From assembly GCF_018977255.1 (NCBI RefSeq), contig NW_024704743.1:61506001-61570000 (forward strand): 64,000 nucleotides of DNA, written 5' to 3'. Both the position numbers and the translations under genes were made by a program. This document shows, piece by piece, positions 23,291-35,890 of this stretch; position 1 is the first letter of the stretch; each line of letters begins with the position of its first letter. The DNA comes from Callorhinchus milii (taxonomy: Eukaryota). The notes under the pieces were generated by a model. That model did no database searches, was not told the origin of the DNA, and saw only the letters and a list, made by a program, of their open reading frames with translations.

Positions 23291-25149
23291 CATGGAAATT
23301 TCCCTGTGCTTGCAAAGCATATGCTCTCCATGGAGGGACACACCCTGCTTAACTGAATCCGGGGAGAATATTAGAATATTAGGCTCAAGTTGGCGAGAGT
23401 CAGGGCTTGGGGACCTCAGACTGTGCACTGATGTACTACTGGATTACCTTAGAAACAACATTTCCTTAAATGTGCTGGCTGTGGCCGACTTATAACTCTG
23501 CTGCTTCCGCAGTGCCAAGGACATCACGCATGTTGTCTGTGAAATCTGGCAGCTCTCTTAACATAGCTGATATAGACGAATTGCTGTCTAACTATTTAAA
23601 GCAAAGGAAAAACACTTCTGTAAAGAAATGCAACATGCCACAAAGTATTGCTCTTCCTGCCCACTGGTCTTCATTTTTTTTAGGTACTTATTTTTATTTA
23701 GGGAAGGGGCAAGTCAGAGGGACTCTGGGATGGAGCTCCAAAGAGAATGACAGAAAGTTCCCCTGGTAGGATTGAGCAAGAGACATTATCCAGGCCAATG
23801 TATAATATCCTCAGTGTATACCAGCCTGCTTCATGTCCCTTGTCTGTCCCAAGCTGCCCCACTATTAGTGGATGAGCTCTTAGCCAAGTCTGTCCCCACT
23901 GTCTTAAGACTTCTTTCTGACTGCTTTTAAGTACCTTCTTCCCCCTCCCTCAACTGCCCCCCCCCACACCTAACGACTCTGTGAAGCACTGTGAGACATT
24001 CTCCTGATGTGAAAGGCATTATATAATGAAATACCGTTGTTGTTGTATACATTTGTATCATTCTGTAAGACTTGTAAAGCATGACGAGTAAAGGAATCAT
24101 TAAGATCTCAATAAAACAATGATTATTAAAAATAAGTGAACAAATAACATTGTGCAAAGTACTGCAAATTTGACAGTGATGTAGCATGAGCCCCAAATAA
24201 CATGCAACTGAAATAAACTCATCCACTAGAATTTTGTTTTTCAATAAGTTTAAAGTTTAAAATTGCCTGAACTCATGTTTATCCACTCATTCGAGGCTGG
24301 ATCCAAATGCAGGCCCGGAGGTGAAAGGACAGTCTTCATTCACTCTACCACCTACCACCAAATTATACATTGCACACACACACTGGATCAGATCACATCA
24401 GGTTTCCGAAAAGGCTAATGACGTTTTTTTTACTTTAGCAAACCATTGAAATGTCTTCAGCATATTAGATGCAACAAACAATGACAGTGATCTAAGGCTT
24501 GCCTGCAAGACTTGGTTAGATGTGAACCCAGTCTCTCACGGATGTTAAACTGAATGAATGTAATTCATGCCCTAAATATCTGATTTTTAATTTCAATTAA
24601 CTCAGTGCTCAATTGCAAAACTGTGATTCATTCTTTTAACAAGATTCATTTTTTTTAATTTGATATACCTTAGAGAGACAATTATCCACACTGATTGGGA
24701 CTGGCTCCATTGCCGATAAGCAAACATTCCGAATAATTGGACATCACACAAAGTACAAATTGGCTACATTCCTAACCAAAATGCTATTCCATCAGGAGTT
24801 ACACAAGTATCATCATAATATGCTCATCACACACCAATCTTAGCCTGCCACTTTCTCCATCGTGCCACACTGTCTGCCTCCACACTCTCTCTGCTGTCAA
24901 ACTTTCTCTCTGTTTTGAGCATCTCTCTCTCTTTCACTCTCTTTTTCTCTCTATTCTTATTCGTCATGCCCTTGTGTTTGATATTTAGTGACCAACTTCA
25001 CAGTTTTATCTTTTGTGTTTATTTTGTTTATGGTCGGTTGCCTCCTTCTGGAGTGGGTTTTAGTCAATTTTGCGACACAGCAAATTGTGCATCTTCTGTG
25101 GAGAAAATAAGATGCTCCTTTTCATTCTATAATTTGTTATAATGACACT

Positions 25150-25420
25150 GTGGGTAGCTCAGTCGGTAAAGCACGGGATTTGAGACCAGGAGGTTTCGTG
25201 TTCATATCTCAAAGAGTCCAATTATTTATTTGTTCTTCTGAGGTTGATAGAACGAAAAACATTCTCCATGTTAGGAGGAAAAGGTAAGCAGGGTTCACCT
25301 GAGCCAGTCAGTTCTGCAGTGATCTAAAGTATTGTCAATACATGTCTCATCAATGAGATGGATGGGTAGTCACCTCCACAAGCCAAAGTAGTAATGGATA
25401 GGATGGTTCTCGCACAGATA
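25150..25420 (+). mobile_element. Old tRNA-headed SINE remnant, possibly related to family X
   Basis: tagctcagtcggtaaagca A-box. ggtaagcagggt and ccacaagccaa resemble motifs in 16425-16675. Confidence 0.45.
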
Positions 25421-25765
25421 CTATAAAATTTATCACCAATGTTACCAGAAATATACCACCATTGGCATGCAGCATAGCTAACCATCAGCTTCTTTTACTC
25501 TCTATTTTTATCTATAAATAAACCTGCAAGATATGGGGATGCTCCTATGATGTGCTTGTTAGTAAACTGACCTTTGCGGCATAAGCTTACTCTTCTGCTC
25601 TTGTTGGTAAATGTTACTACTTTGACTTTTGCACTGTTTTTACTGCTGAGACTTTAACCCTAAACTAAACCAGACCAGGGATAACGATTTCCCTCCTCTA
25701 TTAGATCCTAAGCAAAATGAATCTGATGAAGTTTTACTGAGAATTTATTTTGTGCTCACTACAAA

Positions 25766-25890
25766 TAATAATAATAATAATCCTTGCATTTGATAGCACC
25801 TTATCTTGTCTTTGAGACGTCTCAAAGCGCTTCACAGAATATATTGTAAAATGAATTGACTATATATTTTGGGGGCGAAACGCGCACAGC
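25766..25890 (-). mobile_element. Young SINE 3' fragment
   Basis: (TAA)n plus ccttgcatttgatag...gagacgtctcaaagcgcttcacagaat. Confidence 0.85.
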
Positions 25891-26469
25891 CGTATTATAT
25901 TATTAAATTATTTTTTAAAAAAAGAAAACTTTTAGAAGCTGCAACCAGACAAATTGTGCTTGCAAGTTAGTTTGTGCCTTTTTAAATCCTCTAATTAGCC
26001 AACAAATACACAGTCACGTAGGTTACAGTAAATTCTGTGAAATGCTTTGAGATGTTCTGACAATGTGATAAGGCACTATATTACATACAGGGTTTGTCAT
26101 CATAATCATTGCAGCCACACCTATTTGAATATTTAAAAGGACAAACATTTTCTCAGTCTGGTTATTCATAGCTGCAGTTTTATGTTACTTACAATTTGGG
26201 GCTCAATTTACTAATTCTTCAAACTCCAATGATATTCATATGTGCATACTATTTCTCTCTCAAGTTTGCTTCCTGTGTCTTTTTTTTTCCTTTTTGTCTC
26301 TTGTTTTTCTACCCCAGTTTCTCTTATCTTTTTATTTTATTTCTATCTTCCATCGTTTCTCTTTCCCTGCTTCATGAAACCAGAAAATGCGCCGGCTGAC
26401 AAATAGCCCAGGAGGAGGGAAGACATCAGAGTCTCAACAAGTGATGATTCAAGAAGGAAGAAGGGGAAT

Positions 26470-26690
26470 TGGAGAGAGAATGTACTGAGATAGCCCAGAG
26501 CAAAGAAACTAGGACAGGGAAATGTATACAGATAGCCTAGAACAAAGAGGAAAATGAATGCAATTAGCCCAGAAGAAAGATATTGGGACAGGGAAATGTG
26601 TCGAGATAGACTGAAGACAAGTGAATTGGACAGATAATATATGGAGAGAGCTGAGAGGAAAGACGACTGGACATGGAACATACAGAGGTA
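26470..26690. repeat. Degenerate purine-rich minisatellite, unit about 40 bp
   Basis: Recurrent agatagccca..ggacagggaaatgt units, about 5 copies. Confidence 0.55.
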
Positions 26691-27064
26691 TTGGAGCTGG
26701 ATTGTGGAAACAATTTATTGGGCATTTATTGGGTGACCACTACCAATGCGTGATAAAGCAATAATGTGATAAACTGGTTATGGTTGTCATATTGTAACAT
26801 AAAATCTGCTGGATCGATATCACTGGTGATAATTATTATCACACTTTTGGCTCTTTTGACACATCAGAAATCATCCTTCCAGAACACCTATCTCACTATC
26901 ACCCAGTCACAGCATCAAACTGCTTTTTCAATGAATCCAGCGTCCTGGCCTCAACCACCTTTTGTGACAATGTATTCAATGGTTGATTACCCTTTGAGTA
27001 AAGAAAAACTTCCTGGACCACATCAAAATTTACCTCTCTGTCCCCGCCTCTGCTAATTCGTCCT

Positions 27065-28860
27065 TCTACTCCATAGTAATCTTGGAGGCCAATGACAACC
27101 CCAAGCTCCTCTTCACCAATCAGCTCCTACTCCCACCCTCCCACACATCACCCATCCTCTCCTCCAACTTCAAACGCGAGGAGATGCTGGACTTCCTTGA
27201 GACCAAAATTGGGGGGATTTGCTCGGCTGCCTATGCCCTTCCAACTGCTACCCCCTTCCCAACTCCCCCTCATAGGCCAAACTTGTCTTCCTCTTTCTCT
27301 CTCACCACCATTATGACTCATATTAAACCACTATCTGCTCCCTCGACTCCATCCCTACCCCTCTCCTTACCTCCTAGCTCCAACTCCTTGATCCCCTACT
27401 CACAGACATCATCAACCTCTCCTTTTCCACTGGTACCATTCCCATCCTCTTAAAAACAGCCATCATCACCCCCATCCTCAAAAAACCTTCCATGGACCCA
27501 TCCCTGCTCTCCAATTACTACCCCATCTCCAACCACTCTTTCCTTTCCAAGGTCCTGGAATGAGTCGTTGCTTTCCAGCTTAATTCCTTTGTCTCCCGCC
27601 ACTCCCTTCTTGAACCCCTCCAATTGGGTTTCCGTGCTGCCCACAGCTCAGAAACAGCCCTAGTCAAAGTAAGAAATGACAATTTGTCCATCTTTGACCA
27701 GGGCTTTTTCTGTCTCCTCATCCTCCTTGACCTCTCTGCTGCCTTTGACACTGTCAGCCACCCTATCCTCCTCTACGGCCTCTCCTCTCAACTCAACCTT
27801 CATGTTCCTGTCCCTGACTGTTCAGATCCTTCCTTTCACACAGTTTCCACTTTGTCTCCATAAACGGCTTCTCCTCTAGCCCCTGCACCATCTCATGCAG
27901 CGTTCCTCAGGGCTCTTACCTTGATCCCCTCCTCTTTGATATCTATATGCTCTCTCTTGGTGATATCATCCACAGACATGGGGTCAACTTCCACATGTTG
28001 ACATGACACCCAACTCTATCTTTTTGCCTCCACCCTCAACTCCAGGACGACTGCTGTGCTGACAGAATGTCTGTCAGACATCAACTCCTGGATGAGAGCT
28101 AACTTTCTCCAGTTAAATGTCAACAAGATCGAGGCTCTCCTGATTGGCTCCCGTCAGCGCCTCCACACCTCAGGCGCTGACAGCATCACCATCCAAGGAT
28201 GCACACTCCACCTCATTCAGTCCAGTACCTTGGCATCTTGTTTGACCCTCAACTATCCTTTCTACCCCACATCCATGCCATGACTCGCTCTGCCTTCCCC
28301 CAGCTCCGCAATATCTCCCCGATCTGCTACTGGCTCAGCACTTAGGCCGCCGAAACCCTCATTCACACATGTATTACATCTAGGTTCGACTATGCTAACT
28401 CGCTACTTCTCAGCCTTCCCAACTCTTTCCTCCACAAGCTGCAGATCATCCAGAACTCTGCAGCCTGTGTCTCTGCTCTCCCATAATAAGCTCCATGACC
28501 CTATCATCCGGCTTCTCTGGCTCCCCATCCCCAGAGGATAGACATCAAAATCTCGTCCTCATCTTCAAAGGCCACCATCAGCCTCTATACCATTCAGCTT
28601 ACCCTTCGGAAGTCCATCCCACAGTCCCTTTGCCTTGCAGCCTCCCTTGCGTCCTTCAAGGCACGTCTCAAGAACCCCCTCTTCAATCACGCCTTCGTCC
28701 ACCCTCCTACCCCTACCTTTCCTGCCCTCCACCCACCCTGATCCTACCCCTCTTGATCCCAAACCCCTGATCGAGTCCAAATTTCTGACTGTCCAGCGCC
28801 TTGGGACATCCTTGGGATGAGAAAAGCTATACGAATATAATTTGCTGCTCTTGTTGTTGC
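27065..28860 (+). mobile_element. L2, long degenerate 5'-truncated copy
   Basis: NPKLLF.., [41 protein letters not shown], and the L2 tail at 28795-28860. Confidence 0.92.
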
Positions 28861-29811
28861 TTTCTGTCTTGAAATTGCTTTATGCAACTTTAAACCTATG
28901 CACTTTTGTTGTCCTGTGTTGTTGCAGCCTAAAGTATTGATCTAGTTTTACTTTTTCAAACTCATTTAAAATTTGAGACACTTCAATTAGGTCCCCTCTG
29001 AGTTGTCTTAATTCAAAATGTTTGAACTTCTACTCCATAGAGAGATAGCTGGATTCTGTGAACACAATATATTTTGTGGGAAACATACAAAGATAACAAG
29101 GAAAGGTGAGTTCTCCATGGAATGAATAGAAACCACTGCATAATTGTGTAATTATCTTTATCTCCATTTCACTGAACTGAGCATTTGATGTTGAAGGACC
29201 ACAAATTTATCACCCGGGCATCGATAAAAGTATTGAATTGATAAAAACTGTCGGGGATAGAATTCAGGAAGTGCTTTGTGCAAATTGGCTGTCCCGTTTG
29301 CCCTCAAACCACACACAATGACTGCACTTTACAGTATATCCTTTGAAGTACTTTGGGACATCCTTCTGACGTGAAAGGTATTATATCAAATGTAAGGATT
29401 ATTATTAATATTACTTAAGAACATAGGAAAACAGGAACAGGAGGAAGCCATTCAGCCCATTAAGTCTGTTCCATCAGTTTCAGCAGATCTTTTGATCTCA
29501 ATGCCCCCATCCTTGTGCTATACTCCTTAATATCTCTACTGCCCAAGTATCTCTTGTTTAAATGTGCTAATGATTCTGCCTCTACTGCTTTTTTGGGCAG
29601 AGTATTCCATATCTGTACTTGTGCATGTGCAAAGCAGGAAGTGATGTTGGCAGCAACCTAATGAAATGGAAGTGATCCATTTTAAGTCATGGCGATAAAA
29701 AAAATCCAACTTTTGGGTCATCGGGTCACCGCCGACATCATGTCCCACTTTGCACATAAGCAGAAATGACATTGCAGTGATCCGCTGGCCGAGAACCAAT
29801 AATGAAGCTGT

Positions 29812-30000
29812 AATAATAATAATAATCCTTTGATATAGCGCTTTTCACGTCTTCTAGACGTCCCAAAGCGCTTCACAGAATATACTGTAAGGTGAATTGA
29901 CTGTATATTTGTGGGTGAACGCAGCAGCCAATTGCGCACAGCAATGTCCCACAAACAGTCATGGATTGAAAATGACCAATTTATTATTGTTTTTGTTTTA
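29812..30000 (-). mobile_element. Young SINE 3' two-thirds
   Basis: High similarity to the reverse complement of 47890-48080. Confidence 0.9.
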
Positions 30001-30339
30001 TTGTATTGTACTGTATTAATCCAGTGAACATTCACAGTATAATCAAAGTCTAGTATATCCTTCCTAGGATAAGCCGTTCAAATCTAAACACGTACTCCAA
30101 ATGGGGTCTAACCAGTTCAAACACCATTGCCCACTTGCCACAGCACTCTCCACATTCACCTGCCCAGCCTCTGGCAGAATTCAGAGTTTGAAAGGATACA
30201 ACAAAGAGAAAATAATAATTAAAAGCAAAGTCAAAAGTATCTCTTTTGGTAGAATTAATAGATGTTTTGATACCGTACCTCTATTATGCTATTAGTTCTA
30301 TTAGTTTTATTACGCATTTAATACTATGAGTCAGCTACA

Positions 30340-30445
30340 TGGGTATGGGGAAAAGGCAGGTAAATGGGATTGAAAGGATTGCTCTTGAGGGAGCTGGCAC
30401 AGACATCGTGGTCTGAATAGTCTTCTTCTGTGCTGTAAATGTCTA
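30340..30445 (+). mobile_element. CR1 3' tail
   Basis: gggtatggggaaaaggcaggtaaatggg...ggcacagac...ctgaatagtcttcttctgtgctgtaa. Similar tails lie at about 63100-63190 and 63395-63500. Confidence 0.65.
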
Positions 30446-32399
30446 GGGGTGCATATTCATGTTTGAGTAAGTGTGATATAACCTGTGCACATCCATCAGA
30501 GTAATTCACTTTTCAGGGCCATTTTGTTTGCGATTTGATACAAATGTACTTGGAATTAGGATTACTATGGTCCTGGCATTATACACTCTATCTCCTGATG
30601 GCCCACCATAATGGAAAACAAGCTTACCAACTGTTGCATTATCAAACCAAATGCTATTCATTAAACTCAACCTGATAGTTGAAAGATTAAACATATGCAT
30701 ATTGATTCCTGTCAACACTTTGGATTAAATAGAATCAAGCACATCCCATCTGTCAGACCCTCTGAAATTCAAAATACGATTAGCAGTAATTGCCAATTGT
30801 CATCTCAAGATCCAAATGGCTGCCTTTGGAACACCATAGACTCCAATAGTTACATTTGAAGGGGTGGAAAGGCTTCAGTGAAAGTTGAATTGTATGCCAT
30901 ATGCATTTGATAGCATTTCTGTGACCTTTAAGGAGCAATAGCTCTTATCAAAGAATTGAGTGAATACAATACAATTAGGGTTCAGTTTTCCACAATACAG
31001 TGTTTGATGCAACTGTTGGCTGATCTATGCTAAAGATATAAGCAGGTGGAAATGCTACACTCATAACAGAAAGGCACTGTAAATGAATTGATATTCGCTG
31101 TACACAAACAGCATGGCATTTAACCTATGACGCAGAAATGCTGACAATCCATCTGTCTACCTTCCAGCTCTCTTTCAATCGCACACAATGTTTATTTCAC
31201 CTGTTTGTGAACCATATTTACACACCAGTTGATTGTAGATCTTCAATTTCAACATCACCTCAGGAACAAATTAAAAAATCAAATCAGATGACAAAATGGC
31301 AAACTGACAAACGCTGATGCATGCAGGCAAACGTGGTCAAAATGTGCTCAGCTCGAAACAAAAGCATACCTATATTTAATCATCCTTGTATTTGGTATGA
31401 GGCTTTTCACATCAGGAAAGCTTCTCAAAGAGCTTCACAGGGTACACTGCAAAGTGTAACGACTGTATAGGCACACAGTCTTTCACTGAAAGTGATAACC
31501 TTTCCTTAACTGCAAATGAACATCCTGACATTTCAGGTAAATATCAGCTCATTTGTTTTTGCTAATGTTTCAAACAAACCATTTCACACTTGTACACAAA
31601 AACACAAGTCAACATTTCTGAATATTTTGCAGGCTGCGTTAGCTACCATGGCTAGCTAGCGACTCATTTGAAGATTGCAATGCATTGGGACTCAGCCTGT
31701 CATACTTTGACACATTCTATACAAATATTAGCCAGCAGCATCTGGAAAATAATGTAAATTCAGGAACGATTTATCCTTTAAGAGCCGTTCATTGCTGAAG
31801 AATTTTCTCCAGTGTCATCCACAGGAATTGAACATGCTTTTATTTGCACTGTAGAGGATTTCTTTACTGGTAACACTGACACATTTACCCATTGTTCATT
31901 GTAATTGGAAATGGCTTGTGAGAAAAGCCTATAGGATCATCATTTAACAATGTTTTGTAGCACATCCATCTGTAACTGCATCAGGTTGCGGTAAATGACA
32001 TTCATATTTTTGTTTTTTCGGAGTCTGTTGTTTTATCTTTCTCTTTTTTTGTGTATAATCTCAGAGGTAATGTGCATCTAGAAAGCAAGCATTATCTTTA
32101 AAACCTGAAACAGAACAGAACCATGCATAGCCCATTGACTGTCATACATATTAATGAGGCAAATGGATTAATCTCCTACTGTGTGCGGAACGTGAAGGCA
32201 CATTTAACTACCATAAAACTTTATCTTCTATTCTAATTACAGTATTTCAATGCATTTTTTTTTAAAATTACTGTTAGGTCAATATGCTCTAACCTGTGGA
32301 ATCTTCTTAGCTTTTAGATACAGAATTTGAATTGAGGGCCACAGTAAGTGTTGAAAATTGTTTGACCAATGATTCTTTCTTGCTAAACACTCAGATTTG

Positions 32400-32615
32400 A
32401 AGAAACAAGTGTGGTGACTTCTGTCAATGGAGGCAAACGACACTCTAATTTTGCATACAGGAACATCCCACAAACAGCCATGATGAAGCCTGCAAAATAT
32501 TCAGAAATGTTGACTTGTGTTTTTGTGTGCATCCCACAAACAGATTGGCCAATTTTATTTGGGGAAAATAATGGCCAAGTCCCTTCTCTTTTCAACTAGT
32601 CTTTAACATCCACTT
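32400..32615 (-). mobile_element. Old Deu-domain SINE remnant carrying a templated insertion
   Basis: catcccacaaacagccatga and ccaattttatttgggga motifs. Confidence 0.75.
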
Positions 32616-33169
32616 AAACAAATAGCTGGGACATCAATTTAACATGGCATCTGTAGGAACTTTGTTCCAGAATTGTTATCAAATTGCTCACGCCTGATGT
32701 CACTATGATACAACTCTTGAGGCATGTGGTTGTATTTGCAGAAGTAATAGGACGGGAAGTGAAGATTGTGACTTCCCTTTTGCCATCCGATTCGGAATAT
32801 TCATAAAATGGCAAATTGCGATTTGTGAAAGCTGCCAACATTCAAAAAGAGGACGCGGAACACAACATTTTATCACAGGCTTTTTTTACACTCCTCAGCT
32901 TCTTTCAAAAATAGCAGCACAAGCTGTTTTATAAATTGGACAATAAAAGGAAGTCACAATTAAAACTTTGTGCCTTTTTGTAAATATTGGAAATTAGTCC
33001 CACTTCTTTCACTTTAAGTCATTTATTTTATGCACAGAATCACAATCTTATCATGATTTATCTTATTCGGTAAAACACGGACATATATTTTTGGCAATTG
33101 ATGAAAAATATTTATTGTGAGTTATTGTTATTATAAAATATAAGTTGCAAAGATCTTTGGCAGTCTCCT

Positions 33170-33450
33170 ATCCTTCAGATGAGATGTGAAATTGATTTCC
33201 CAGCTATTTGTTTAAGTGGAGATTAAACATCAAAGTGGCACTAGTTGAAAACAGAACAAAGTTTCTCCCAAGGACTTGACCATCATTTTCCCCAAATAAA
33301 ATTGGCAGATCACTTCATGGCTGTTTGTGGGATATTCCTTTATGCAAAATTGGCTGCTTGTTTGCCTCCATATACAGAGTCACCACACTTCGTAGTAAAG
33401 GTCCTGTGAAGTGCTCTGAGATGTCTCGATAAAGTGATAGTGCACTATAA
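33170..33450 (+). mobile_element. Old Deu-domain SINE
   Basis: cagatgagatgt...ccccaaataaaattgg...catggctgtttgtggga...tail. Confidence 0.75.
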
Positions 33451-34579
33451 TTATTTAATTATTGAAAAGCAATATGTGCAACCAGCTCTTTGATAACAAT
33501 AAAACAATAACTGGCATTCAATCTTGAGTAGTTAGCAGAACTCTATGCAGACATACAGTTGCACAAGTGCAGAGCTCTCCTCAGTCCATGGTTGAGATTG
33601 AGTTCTAATGGGAAATAGTTACCTTGTTCCCATGCTGAATCCTTATCTGACTGGAGACAAATCACATCATACCAGCAATATATACTGAAGTAGGTTTAAG
33701 AAACTCTATTGTGATGTTAGAGTGAGGGTGCATTACTGGGTTAAATAAACTGACTAAATTCATGCTGGATGCTGGGAGTTTGTAATGTTACCATTGGGTG
33801 CAAAATGTAAAAAGGATGTTAAGTTTTCCAGTGCTGACATCTCTCATATTGATGAGGACACACAAAATATATTTAAAGATTGGTACTGTAATTAACTTAA
33901 CAAGAACAGCAGCAGCTCACAAAATCCAACACTTTATAAAACTGGCTGAATATCTTTACAGAGGGTATAAATAGGTGTGAAAAGGACTTAGGTATGTTGA
34001 CCCTGACATTGGCCTGTACTCTGTCAGACCTTTTACTGCCATCGCTGAAATGGTGGCATGCGTGGAAATGGTTAGCTGAGAGCTCACTGCAGGAGACAGG
34101 AATAAAAATAACCTCCTGTCCAGCTGTCTGCAGTGAGTACAAAATCTGTCAGCACAAGTACAAATGTATTGTTACCCGTTACGGGGACAAGTGTGTCAGG
34201 TCCACATTATTCTGTTTAAATTTTACCACCAGGAACATTATCAAGACTAAAATAGCAACATGTTTGGCTCCATTGTGACTTCAGAAGTCAACAACTTGAC
34301 CTGCTGGGAAATTGCACTGTGCATGGAATTGTACTTCTGTGAAGCTGGCGTTAGCTCATTTATATCTAGGGCAGATAGTATTTCACTGGGACAACGGATG
34401 GCTTTCTGCTACCTGTTGTGGACAAGTGTGTCTTTTCCAAATGAATTTTTTTAAGCCCTGAGCATAAAACAAAGTAACGGCTCATTACGGTTTGAGACAG
34501 GCTTCTGATCAAAGGTCTAAATATATTGGTGTTGCAGTGAAACTGAAAAACATCTGCAATGAAGGCAAGGGAAGTTTAG

Positions 34580-34905
34580 CCTTGCTCAGTTGGTGGCACT
34601 CTCGCTTCCAAGTCAGAAGGTTATGTGTTCAAACTCCTCGTTCGAACTGGAGACTGGAGTTAAGGCTAATACTCCAATACAATACAAAATTACATTTGTA
34701 CAGCGCCTTTCAAGTCGGGAGGACATTCAGGTGAATGTTAAAGATCCGACAACACTACACGGAAAGAGAATGGAGCTTCTCCCGGTAACTTGGACAACAA
34801 TCCCCCCAAATAAAGTTTTCATAATTCACTTCATGGCTGTTTGTGGGACAATTTGCTGTATGCAAATTGGCTCTGCTTTTGCCCACAAAATACAGTCACT
34901 CCCCT
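34580..34905 (+). mobile_element. Old Deu-domain SINE containing an inverted L2 tail (about 34685-34725)
   Basis: gctcagttggtggcactctcgc head and Deu core. Internal tacatttgtacagcgcctttcaagtcgggaggac is a reverse L2 tail. Confidence 0.75.
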
Positions 34906-35629
34906 TTATGATATTATTTTCAATGCCAGTCATGGCCATAATTGTTGCTACTGATGGTGCAACTACTAGTGTTTTATTGACACTTCATAGGCTTATCTCA
35001 GACTGGATCAGGAAGGTAAACGCCAGTGAATTTGTAATTGACTTTCACAATTTATGATGCAAACCAGAACCTGCAATTAGCTCAGCAACTTCCAATTTGC
35101 ACATGTTACATTTTAGCCTCATTTCATTTGGGATATGGAAAATTGAATGCAAGATTCCAAATGTGTCCTTACCAATGCTCTAAACAAGGTTACAGTAATC
35201 TGCTTTGACTGCTACAAAAATGTCCTTGAGAAACGTTCCCATCCACAATCGATTAGCCTGGTTAATAACAGCTTCATATTAACTAGACACAGCACTACCA
35301 ATTAGTTAATACTCACATCAAGCACATCTGTCACACTTCTACAATAACTACTTTAACTCTGCCCCTCATTCCCTAGCATAATTATTTACCATAGTTCTGC
35401 TTTGAGACTATTATTTCCATCTCTGCTTTGTCAAACTACTGTAAAGGATTAATGTGCTGCAAAAGGCCTCCTACAGGATAGTTAAAGAAGAAAGAATGAA
35501 CTTGTATTTTTGTTTTGACTTATCACAACAGGATGTCTGATTGTGCTTTCCAATGATTACTGTCAAGTGTAGTACTGTTTTTGTTGGTAAATGAAACAGC
35601 AAGTTTCTGCATGGCAAAGGTCCAATAAT

Positions 35630-35890
35630 AACAATAATAATCCTTACATTTGATATAGCACCTTTTCACGTTGGGAGGATGTCTCAAAGTGCTTCACAGG
35701 ATTTATTGTAAAGTGGAGTGACTATGTGTTTGTGGGCGAATGCAGCAGCCTGTTTGCATACAGCAAGGTCCCATAAACAGCTATGAAAGCGAGTAATCCA
35801 TTTTATTTGGGAATTACTGGTCAGGACACCAGGAGAAACTCCCTTCTCTCTTTAAATAGTGCCATGGGATCTTTAAGGTACACCCAAATG
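35630..35890 (-). mobile_element. Old Deu-domain SINE 3' part
   Basis: Tail, core and caggacaccaggagaaactcc...gccatgggatcttt. Confidence 0.75.

Noticed and set aside
26470..26690. Repeat-spacer-like periodicity suggesting a CRISPR array
   Set aside because: Units are degenerate along their whole length with no unique spacers, and the context is a vertebrate genome.
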